This document shows positions 27,313-34,443 of a stretch of DNA of 43,853 nt, piece by piece; position 1 is the stretch's first letter; each line of letters begins with the position of its first letter. This DNA is from a virus. The notes beneath the pieces are model-generated. The model searched no databases. It was not told the origin of the DNA and was given only the letters and a program-made list of their open reading frames with translations. A program made the translations under genes and the position numbers. The stretch covers positions 1 to 43,853 of IMG/VR virus record IMGVR_UViG_3300037473_000089; one strand, given 5' to 3'.

Positions 27313-27318
27313 CCGAGA

Positions 27319-27535
27319 CCGGAGCCCGGTGCCGATATTTCGGTCACCGGACCCCGGTTCGGGGTTAGAAGCGGATTTCGAGGATCAGTCTGATCCGCTT
27401 CCATTTGAACCGGAGACTGAGCTTCATGGCTCGTTCTCCTGTTCGTCAGCAGGCGGGCTTGCCTCCTGACAAGACAAGTTATGAGGCCTCACCTCTCATC
27501 CGTCAATCGGAAAAGAGGGGTGGGGCCTTATTTTT
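27319..27535 (+). ncRNA. Candidate ~215-nt structured non-coding RNA (promoter-to-terminator unit), unknown class
   Basis: Lies between the promoter above and a strong intrinsic terminator. Stacked hairpins at 27326-27350, 27351-27365 and 27368-27401, plus the terminator. No ORF both starts after the predicted TSS and stops before the terminator. Confidence 0.45.
27484..27535 (+). terminator. Strong rho-independent terminator (plus strand)
   Basis: 14-bp stem AGGCCUCACCUCUC / GAGGGGUGGGGCCU that includes two G-U pairs. These pairs are valid only in the plus-strand RNA. A UAUUUUU tract follows at 27529-27535. Confidence 0.75.
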
Positions 27536-27657
27536 CGCACATTTCTCATCCGCATAATCGTTAACGCCCCGTTACAAACATGGCGCGTTCCCCCTTGTCG
27601 ACTCAGCGCGCGCCGCGATAGATGTTCCGCATCTGTTCTGGTGGCTTTGGGGGTGAC

Positions 27658-28089
27658 ATGGGGTTCAATGATTTCTGCCTCGCGGGGGTTGGCGAGCGCT
27701 TCGAAAACGAGGACGGCAGCAGCCGCCAAGAGGAATTGGCCCGATGCCAGCGCGGCGAGCATGTCCTCCTTCTGCGCGAACCCGACAATAGGCACGACCC
27801 GCGCGCGGTAGCGATCATTTCGGAGCGCGGCGTGAAGATCGGGTATCTCGGCCGCGATCGAGCCGCGTGGATGGCGAGCAAGATCGATCGAGGCCTCCCG
27901 GTTCGCGCCATCGTCGATCGCATCAAAGGCGCGCATCTGCCCGGCTCACCGCTCGGGATCGTGGTCCGCATCAACATGGACGGCGACGAACCCGAGCTGG
28001 ATGATGCCGCGCTACCCGCTCATGTGCTGGTCGGTGCGGCCGTTCGAGCCAGCGCCTCCAGCCTGCCGAACAACGTCGACCGGCGCTGA
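27658..28089 (+). CDS. Standalone HIRAN domain protein
   Basis: 143 aa. LAGVGERFENEDG...GEHVLLLREPDNRHDPRAVAIISERGVKIGYLGRDRAAWMASKIDRG matches the HIRAN signature (REP-N-x-D-x-AI... IGY). Confidence 0.7.
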   Translation: MGFNDFCLAGVGERFENEDGSSRQEELARCQRGEHVLLLREPDNRHDPRAVAIISERGVKIGYLGRDRAAWMASKIDRGLPVRAIVDRIKGAHLPGSPLGIVVRINMDGDEPELDDAALPAHVLVGAAVRASASSLPNNVDRR

Positions 28090-28445
28090 TCAATGATATC
28101 GAGCAGGGTGTCCACCGTTTGGACATCCTCGCTCATGGCCCCGTCACCGATGGCGGCACATCGGGTCGAGATATCTTCAAGCGCTCGGTGAGCAGCCCAG
28201 CTAAGGGCTCGCAGCTCCTCCATCATCATCTGTGCGTCGCCAACGAACTGATCAATCTGCGGAAGCGGAACAACAAGCATTTCAGGAACACCCCCACGGC
28301 CATACGAGGCCACGCCGGTAGCGGCCCGGTAGCCGGGGGGTAGAAAACGGATCAAGAGACCGTCCGACGTGCCTTTAAGCCCCGAAGGGCTCTGGACATA
28401 GCGCGCCGCCCCCGGCCGAATGACCAGGTTGCGACGTGCCGCCAA
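28020..28445 (-). CDS. Hypothetical protein in a lower-GC patch; short resemblance to the conserved VPLP..(E/D)Q junction of type I HsdS subunits
   Basis: 141 aa with a TTG start. GC is about 55-60% on three 60-nt lines. ...LLIRFLP...MLVVPLPQIDQFVGDAQMMMEEL... Its 3' end overlaps the HIRAN gene by 70 nt in convergent orientation. Confidence 0.35.
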   Translation of the reverse strand: MAARRNLVIRPGAARYVQSPSGLKGTSDGLLIRFLPPGYRAATGVASYGRGGVPEMLVVPLPQIDQFVGDAQMMMEELRALSWAAHRALEDISTRCAAIGDGAMSEDVQTVDTLLDIIDQRRSTLFGRLEALARTAAPTST

Positions 28446-28721
28446 GCACGCGCTGCTTTCGGCGCCGCCTCGCGGGGGCGCGCTGCCTATCTCGATTCCG
28501 GGTTTCTACGCCCGCCGACGAATTAGCCCGTGAGGGGTTAACGATTCAAGCGACGAGGCTCTGCCCGTCGCCTTCGAACTGCCCCGCCACCGGCGGGGGA
28601 GACCGCTCTCAGAAAGCGGATCTCCGGTGGATGCTCTCTCCACCACGCGCGGCCGGTGTGCCGCTTGACGCCCCGCACCCGGCAAGCCGGGCGGGCACGC
28701 ATAGAGAGCACGAAATCCTAC

Positions 28722-29450
28722 ATGGAAAGCGAGACTGCGAGCGCCCCGTTCGGCGCTGCCGGCGAGAGCGTCGGCTATCTGATCCAGCCCGGCACGCGGG
28801 AGGCCTTCGGCTTCGGAGATGCCGCCTTCAGCGTCCAGATGATCGATCGCAAACTGGCGAACGGGATCATCATCGCGAACCACTACAGCCGGCGCATTTA
28901 TCTCGCCTCGACGCTGCATCTTGGCGTCTTCATCGGCCCCGATCTGGTGGGGGTGCTCCAGTACGGGTTCGCCATGAACCCGGCGAGCGCGGATAGCGTC
29001 GTGGCCGGCACGCTGATGAACGAATATCTGGAGCTCAACCGGATGTGGCTGGCGGAGGCCGCGCCCCGCAACAGCGAGAGCCGGGCGCTGGCCTATTCGA
29101 TCCGCCTGATCCGGCGCGCGCGCCCGGCGGTGAAGTGGATCCAGTCGTTCGCGGACGAGCGCTGCGGGCTATTCGGCACGGTCTATCAGGCGGCCGGCTT
29201 TACCTTCCACGGCGAGCACGTCGGGCGCTTCTGGGAGTTGGATGGCGAGTTCTATCACGATAGCCTCATGACCAACTCGAAGACGGCCAACAGCCCCCGT
29301 GCGTCGCATCTTCGGGCGAACCGTGACCGGGCCGTGATGCGGCGGCTGCGCCAGTTCCGCTACCTCCGCTTCCTCCAGCAGCGCTTCGCCAAGGGGTGTC
29401 GCCATCCGGTGCGGCCGTTCCCGAAGCCGGACTATGGCGGGCTATGTTGA
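28722..29450 (+). CDS. Mom-like (GNAT-fold) DNA-modification protein candidate
   Basis: 242 aa. The motif series ANHYSRR..., LHLGVF...LVGVLQYG, YLELNRMWL..APRNSESRAL, KWIQSFADERCG.FGTVYQAAGF resembles proteins annotated as Mom family adenine methylcarbamoylation protein. This rests on recollection, not a search. Confidence 0.45.
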   Translation: MESETASAPFGAAGESVGYLIQPGTREAFGFGDAAFSVQMIDRKLANGIIIANHYSRRIYLASTLHLGVFIGPDLVGVLQYGFAMNPASADSVVAGTLMNEYLELNRMWLAEAAPRNSESRALAYSIRLIRRARPAVKWIQSFADERCGLFGTVYQAAGFTFHGEHVGRFWELDGEFYHDSLMTNSKTANSPRASHLRANRDRAVMRRLRQFRYLRFLQQRFAKGCRHPVRPFPKPDYGGLC

Positions 29451-29474
29451 GCATAGGGTGTCGCTTCAACCGAT

Positions 29475-29495
29475 ACCCTTGGGCCCGCCAAGGGT
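29475..29495 (+). terminator. Hairpin after the Mom-like gene
   Basis: ACCCTTGG-gcccg-CCAAGGGT followed by gtgtattg, a weak U-tract. Confidence 0.4.
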
Positions 29496-29582
29496 GTGTA
29501 TTGAACACAGGCCCTTTTCCTCAAAGCTGAGGGAAAGCCCGAAGCAACATCTCACTCCCACCATTGGTGGAAGTTAAAATCC

Positions 29583-29607
29583 AGCGCGGACGAATTTCGT
29601 ACGCGCT
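29583..29607. repeat. 25-bp near-perfect palindrome downstream of the int operon (possible bidirectional terminator or protein-binding site)
   Basis: AGCGCG-G-ACGAA-T-TTCGT-A-CGCGCT in a lower-GC spacer. On the minus strand it is followed by GGATTTTAAC. Confidence 0.4.
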
Positions 29608-29724
29608 CCTGTTGCCATGTAGGATTTCACGCGGCAGCAGGCAGGCGCGGCCCGTCCAGTGGACGAGCACCCGCCCAGGGTGTGCGAGGACGGCGCGACC
29701 CCGTCGGGCCGCTCCATTCCTGCC

Positions 29725-30162
29725 CTAATGCACGCTCTTCGGATCGCGACGGATCTGCTTAAGCGCCTCGGCCAGCACGGCACCGTTCGCGCGCTCGCGG
29801 GCGTCGTCGCTGTCGCTGAGCCGGTAGGCGAGCACCCCGACGATTTCGCGCGCGGCCTCGTCGATGCCGACCATGTCAGTGGCGAGGTCGACCGCGATCC
29901 TGCCGATCGCGTGCCCCTCTCGGTTCTGCTCCATCATCTGCTGGATGCGGCGATGATCGCCCAGCGATCGGACGCGGTGCTCGAGCGTCATCATGGTGCG
30001 TGCCAGGTTATCGCGCTCCGCCTCGGTCATGACGATGACCGGGCCGTCACGTCCCTCGACTGTGACCGTGGGCCAGTCGTACAGCTTGGCCGCCTCGATC
30101 GCGTGCACCGGCGGCCATTCGCTCTCTTTGGTTTCGTCGGTCACTGATCCCCCAATCTTCAC
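29725..30162 (-). CDS. Hypothetical protein co-transcribed downstream of int
   Basis: 145 aa. Its start overlaps the int stop (ATGA). Confidence 0.5.
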   Translation of the reverse strand: MKIGGSVTDETKESEWPPVHAIEAAKLYDWPTVTVEGRDGPVIVMTEAERDNLARTMMTLEHRVRSLGDHRRIQQMMEQNREGHAIGRIAVDLATDMVGIDEAAREIVGVLAYRLSDSDDARERANGAVLAEALKQIRRDPKSVH

Positions 30163-31457
30163 CTGCGCGGCGCCTCAAGTAGCGTAGCCGCCGGCAACAT
30201 CCCTTCCATCACGAGGTCGGCAAACTCCTGCCCCAGCTCGCGACGCCGTTCCATGTGCTCGTGCCTGTCATAGGCGGCAGCAACCTTATTGGGCGGGACG
30301 TGCGCCAGCATAAGCTCGATCGTCTCCAAATCGGTGACCATTCCCGCCTTGCGGGCGCGGGCCTTCATCGTCGTGGAGAACGTGGCGCGCCAGCCATGGG
30401 GTACATGTCGGCCGTGATACCCCACCCGATTGTAGAGATAGCCGATCGCGTTCTCGCTGAGCGGTCGGTGTGCGTGGCGCTGGCCGGGGAAAACCAGCTT
30501 GTTGCGGCCAGTGAGGCGCCGGGCAGCCTGAAGGACTTCGACAGCCTGCCAGCAAAGCGGGATCTGGTGCTCGAACCCGTCTTCTTCCTTGAGGTCCATC
30601 ACGAGCTTCATGCGGGCTGCCGGCACGCGCCAGAGAGCCAGAAACGGACCGTGGGCGCGAGCGTCCCAATCTACCCCCTCGATCTCTGACCACTCGACGC
30701 CGCGCACCATGCCCGGCCGGGCTTGCGTGAGGGCGAGAAAGCGCGAAGCGAGCTTCGTGAGAGGTGCCGCCCCGGACGCCTCGGCCGCGATCAGCACCTC
30801 ACGCGCCTCGGCCGGATCGGTCAGCGATGGCTGCCGGTTCTTCTTCGGCATGGGCTTGAGGGCGTCGACCACGACGGCGGCCGGGTCTTTGCTCACCACG
30901 CCCTCAGACATCTTCATCCGGTAGACGGCGGATATGCGCTGGCGCAGCCGGCGCGCCGTCTCGATCGAACCACGCTCCTCCACGGCGCGCAGGACGGCGA
31001 GCACCATGGGTTCGTCGATCAATGCCAGCGGCTTGCTGCCGAGGGCGGGGAAAACGTCCCGCTCCAAGCTGGTGATGACGTCTTCCGCGTGGACGGGCGC
31101 CCACCGGCCCTTCTGCAAGTCATGCCACTCGCGGGCGGCATCCTCGAACTTCACCAGCTTCGCCAGTTCGGCCTCTTCGCGCTGGCGCTCTTCCAGCGCC
31201 CGCTTCTTGGCGCCGGATGGATCGACGTTCTCTCGAATTAGGCGACGCGCCTCGTCGCGCTTCAGCCGAGCGTCTGACAGCTTCACGTCAGGGTAGGGGC
31301 CAAAGGTCAGCAGCTTTTCCTTGCCGCCGATCTGAAATTTCATCCGCCAGGACTTCGCGCCCTTGTTCGTGACGTAAAGATAGAGCCCGCCAGCGTCCGC
31401 CATCTTGTATGGTTTCTCGCGCGCTTCGGCTTTCCTGACCGCCGCATCCGTCAGCAT
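30159..31457 (-). CDS. int: Tyrosine integrase, P4-like (DUF4102 arm-binding N-terminus)
   Basis: 432 aa from ATG 31457. N-terminus LTDAAVRKA...KPYKMADAGGLYLYVTNKGAKSWRMKFQIGGKEKLLTFGPYP. C-terminal HGWRATFST...LAH...AAYDR provides the catalytic H-x-x-R, H and Y. Confidence 0.95.
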   Translation of the reverse strand: MLTDAAVRKAEAREKPYKMADAGGLYLYVTNKGAKSWRMKFQIGGKEKLLTFGPYPDVKLSDARLKRDEARRLIRENVDPSGAKKRALEERQREEAELAKLVKFEDAAREWHDLQKGRWAPVHAEDVITSLERDVFPALGSKPLALIDEPMVLAVLRAVEERGSIETARRLRQRISAVYRMKMSEGVVSKDPAAVVVDALKPMPKKNRQPSLTDPAEAREVLIAAEASGAAPLTKLASRFLALTQARPGMVRGVEWSEIEGVDWDARAHGPFLALWRVPAARMKLVMDLKEEDGFEHQIPLCWQAVEVLQAARRLTGRNKLVFPGQRHAHRPLSENAIGYLYNRVGYHGRHVPHGWRATFSTTMKARARKAGMVTDLETIELMLAHVPPNKVAAAYDRHEHMERRRELGQEFADLVMEGMLPAATLLEAPRR

Positions 31458-31458
31458 G

Positions 31459-31753
31459 ATACCCCGACCTCCAGATTCGCTACCCCGATTTCCACCCCTG
31501 ATACCCCTGCGCTTCGGGGGTATCGATTGGGACTGATCGGGACGGACCTTAGCACAAGACCCCCTGAAAATCAGGGGGTTTGGGATCATTTGGGGCTGGA
31601 AGAAACGGCATTCTGGCGGAGACGGAGCCCGTCACAAGATGGGCATAAAATGGCGGATTTCCGCCTTTTCCTCAATGTGAGGTAAAGCATATACCCCGAC
31701 ATGTACCCCCGTCCCATTTCGGGCATTTTTGCGGGGTATCTGATCATACCCCG
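31459..31753. other. attP region with arm-type octamer repeats (ATACCCCG)
   Basis: Copies or variants at 31459, 31481, 31501, 31517(rc), 31691, 31704, 31732(rc) and 31746 form two clusters around a ~165-bp centre. That centre holds the hairpin CCCCCTGA-aaa-TCAGGGGG (31560-31578) and TGGCGGAGACGGAG (31614-31627). Confidence 0.6.
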
Positions 31754-31800
31754 TCGCCTCGGGGGCCGCCACCGAATCGGAACCCACAACGCTGTTTCAC

Positions 31801-32010
31801 TCAGGCGGCGGCTTCAGAACGCCAGCCCATGGGGTCAGCCACCCACGCGTCGATGTCGCTCTCGTACCAAGCGGCGAGGCCGCTGCTGATCGGGAACGAT
31901 GCCGGGAACCGGCCGGCGGCGATCCGGCGATAGATGGTCGTGCGCGAGAGCTTGGTGCGGGCCTTCACCTCCGGAAGGCGAAGCAGGTTATCACGGCTGC
32001 GGTCAGTCAT
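31801..32010 (-). CDS. alpA: AlpA-family excisionase / transcriptional regulator
   Basis: 69 aa. LLRLPEVKARTKLSRTTIYRRIAAGRFPASFPISSGLAAWYESDIDAWV is a canonical AlpA/HTH_17 pattern. Confidence 0.85.
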   Translation of the reverse strand: MTDRSRDNLLRLPEVKARTKLSRTTIYRRIAAGRFPASFPISSGLAAWYESDIDAWVADPMGWRSEAAA

Positions 32011-32213
32011 AGTTCCAGTCCTGTGGGTTCGGCGCCGCCGGTGAGCCGCAGAAGCTCATCGGTGGCGTCATCGATGTTCGAGAAGGGGGCGAGCGAGGCC
32101 ACCTCGCGGCTGTGCGCGACGACCCCCTTTCGCCCGCCCGTGGCATTGACGGCGATGGCCGCGTAGAGCTTCCCACCAGCGGCGGTGCGGGCGGTGACGC
32201 ATGGCAGGGTCAC
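32007..32213 (-). CDS. Hypothetical protein
   Basis: 68 aa from GTG 32213. GTGA and ATGA overlaps with its neighbours. The ORF-track N-terminal extension is rejected. Confidence 0.4.
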   Translation of the reverse strand: MTLPCVTARTAAGGKLYAAIAVNATGGRKGVVAHSREVASLAPFSNIDDATDELLRLTGGAEPTGLEL

Positions 32214-32362
32214 TGCTTGGCCTCCGGGCACCGCTGGCCCGCGTTGGCGAATGCGATGCAGTTGGCGAGGGCCAAGCGGCTGTCGATGTCCGCGAGGCAT
32301 CGGTTGATGCCGATCGCGCTGATCGCGAGCGACGCCAACAAGACGATGATGATGCCCTTCAT
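32210..32362 (-). CDS. Small hydrophobic Cys-containing peptide (50 aa)
   Basis: MKGIIIVLLASLAISAIGINRCLADIDSRLALANCIAFANAGQRCPEAKQ. Not in the ORF track because it is under 60 aa. ATGA and GTGA coupling on both sides. Confidence 0.45.
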   Translation of the reverse strand: MKGIIIVLLASLAISAIGINRCLADIDSRLALANCIAFANAGQRCPEAKQ

Positions 32363-32583
32363 TGGACAGAACCGGCAGGCTGGAGGCACGGGCGGAAGCT
32401 GGCAACGGTGGCATCCGTTATCATCTCCAGATATTTCATGACCTCCTCCGGAGTTCGGGTAGCGACAAGAACTGCCACCGCGGCTTGAATGAGCACGCTG
32501 GCGGCCTCGGCGGGATCAGCCGTCGACACGATCGCGGCGTCCGCTAGCGCGCCAGCATAGGCGTTCAGCTGATCCTCGGTCAT
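32359..32583 (-). CDS. Hypothetical protein
   Basis: 74 aa, part of the translationally coupled chain. Confidence 0.45.
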   Translation of the reverse strand: MTEDQLNAYAGALADAAIVSTADPAEAASVLIQAAVAVLVATRTPEEVMKYLEMITDATVASFRPCLQPAGSVQ

Positions 32584-33089
32584 GCCGCCTCCGGCCCGCT
32601 GGGCGGAGAAGAGGTCGGGCGCGGCCGGAACGGTAGAATGGTCGAGGTTCGGTCGATGATGGGCAGGCCGATCCGTTCTTGGAGCCGTCTTGCCTTCGCC
32701 ATCGCGTCATCAAAGGTGGGCGCGTAGCTTGGCTCGCGCCAGCCGTAGCTGTCGCACGAGCCATCGCTCCGCTCGACGCTAATAGTGAACGCGGCTCCGG
32801 GTATGGGCTCGCCTGTGTCGACGCGCGTCCATTGGCCCTTCTCGACGATGATATTGCCTTCGGGCGGTGTCCAATCGGTGAGCGCCGGCTGGGGATCGGG
32901 TAACGGAACCCAAAGGGTCGGCGACACCCCGTTACCCTCGCCATCCTCCCAGCCGCTATCCTGGTCAGATCGGCTAGCGATTACCCAAGGTCCGTGGAAC
33001 GACTGCGGATATTTGATGGACGGATCGCACACCAGCACCCAGCGTCCGTCGAGCGGAGCCGTGCTGATCGGCTGAACAGCATCAACCAT
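32580..33089 (-). CDS. Hypothetical protein
   Basis: 169 aa. The N-terminus ISTAPLDGRWVLV is reminiscent of DUF551-type phage proteins. Confidence 0.5.
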   Translation of the reverse strand: MVDAVQPISTAPLDGRWVLVCDPSIKYPQSFHGPWVIASRSDQDSGWEDGEGNGVSPTLWVPLPDPQPALTDWTPPEGNIIVEKGQWTRVDTGEPIPGAAFTISVERSDGSCDSYGWREPSYAPTFDDAMAKARRLQERIGLPIIDRTSTILPFRPRPTSSPPSGPEAA

Positions 33090-33414
33090 TGGTCACCTCC
33101 ACCAAGTCCATGGGGCGCACGAGGATGCCCTCGATGTCGGCCGCGACCACATGCTTCGACACATCGATGCCCTTCGAGGCAGCGAAGCGAAGGTTTCTGA
33201 TACCCGCGTCCGCGCGGAGCGATGCGGCCTTAGCCTCCAGCGCGGCCGCTGCGGTGGCAAACCCCGGCAGCCCGTGAAGAGCCTCGGGCATATCTTTGAG
33301 AGCCTCCACCGCCTCTGCCAGTCCGAGTGCACGCCCGAAATCGAACGCCTGTCGGTTCGTGTCATACGGTAGGCGTTGCGCGCCTTCCCATTCATTGGAC
33401 TTGCGATCAGCCAT
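33082..33414 (-). CDS. Hypothetical protein
   Basis: 110 aa from ATG 33414. Confidence 0.45.
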   Translation of the reverse strand: MADRKSNEWEGAQRLPYDTNRQAFDFGRALGLAEAVEALKDMPEALHGLPGFATAAAALEAKAASLRADAGIRNLRFAASKGIDVSKHVVAADIEGILVRPMDLVEVTNG

Positions 33415-33874
33415 GATCAGCCTCCTTCGTGGCGCCGGCCTTCTCCAATTGCGCCTTCTCGAAGGCGGCGAAGTTGTCATAGTGGGCCTCATCAAGGGCG
33501 GACCAAACCTCTCCCGATGGGAGCTCCACTGCGCAATCGCCCGTCTCTATCCCGCGGATCGTCACAGGCTCGACATCGCCGGACGCACGGATGCGCCACG
33601 CAATCACCGTCTCTCGCCAACTCCAGGTTTCCCCGTTGAGGCACCGCCCTGCGCTGGCCGTCGAGTACCCAGCCGTTGCGGGAATCACCGCAACGACAGG
33701 ATCGGACAACTCTGCCACCGTATCCGGGTAGATCGAGACGTGCGTCCCATCACGCAGCTTGGCTTCGTGCCAGGAGCCGTGACGGCCGGCGCGGCTCTTC
33801 GCTTCGCCGATCTCTACGATCTCACTGGTGGCGAAGGACCGGGTGTAGTTGGTGTTGTCGACGAAGCGGATCAT
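33407..33874 (-). CDS. Hypothetical protein
   Basis: 155-aa ORF in the coupled chain. Confidence 0.5.
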   Translation of the reverse strand: MIRFVDNTNYTRSFATSEIVEIGEAKSRAGRHGSWHEAKLRDGTHVSIYPDTVAELSDPVVAVIPATAGYSTASAGRCLNGETWSWRETVIAWRIRASGDVEPVTIRGIETGDCAVELPSGEVWSALDEAHYDNFAAFEKAQLEKAGATKEADHG

Positions 33875-34443
33875 GCTCGGTTCTCCTGCGTAATCTCGAC
33901 ACCGAGTGCTGCGCGGATCGAGGCGACAGCGCTCCGAACGCCCTCGCCCATTTCGGGAGACATTCGGTCGAGCCCACTCAGGAGCAGCGCTTCAAGTGGT
34001 ATGGCGGCTTCAACAAGGGTCGTTCTCAGGCGCTCCGCCTCGATCGCTGTGGCAAGAACCAACCGAAAATCCGCCTGCCACGCTCGGTCGGGATCGGCGG
34101 CCCAGCCATCTAGCCATGCCCCCACACGCCCGATCGCACCCGGCGTGTCGGTTGGCTCCTCAGCCGTACCGCGCTTCCAGACGGAGCCGCAGTCGGCCAA
34201 AACGCCGCGAGTGACATTCTCGCTGCCGACAAAGGCGGGATAGAACTCGGTGCCCGACATGACGGCGAGGAAGACGCGGCCCGTTTGGCACACCTCGCGC
34301 AGCTCGGCTCCGGCCAAATGCCAACATGATACGTTCGCTGGCCCGTCGGGCTGCCGAAAGGTGTGCAGGTCACATATGTCGTCTCGACCGGGAGGTGCCA
34401 TGAACCTGAAGTTCGCTCCCTCGAAGTGGACGGCCTCAGCCAT
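33871..34443 (-). CDS. Hypothetical protein
   Basis: 190 aa from ATG 34443 (MAEAVHFEGANFRF...). Confidence 0.5.
   Translation of the reverse strand: MAEAVHFEGANFRFMAPPGRDDICDLHTFRQPDGPANVSCWHLAGAELREVCQTGRVFLAVMSGTEFYPAFVGSENVTRGVLADCGSVWKRGTAEEPTDTPGAIGRVGAWLDGWAADPDRAWQADFRLVLATAIEAERLRTTLVEAAIPLEALLLSGLDRMSPEMGEGVRSAVASIRAALGVEITQENRA

Noticed and set aside
27284-27469. 61-aa plus-strand ORF, and a 43-aa ORF from ATG 27425, inside the proposed ncRNA.
   Set aside because: The first starts upstream of the predicted transcription start and overlaps the XRE start. The second reads through the terminator hairpin with its stop beyond the U-tract. Neither has convincing coding features.
27496-27936. 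146-aa minus-strand ORF overlapping the HIRAN gene.
   Set aside because: The plus-strand frame carries an unmistakable HIRAN motif, while the minus-strand product has no recognisable features.
28581-28645. Stem-loops including CCGCT-CTCAGAA-AGCGG (a 7-nt anticodon-like loop) considered as a third tRNA or an attP tRNA fragment.
   Set aside because: There is no T-loop consensus (GTTCRANYC), no D arm and no acceptor pairing. It is better described as a structured leader of the Mom-like gene.
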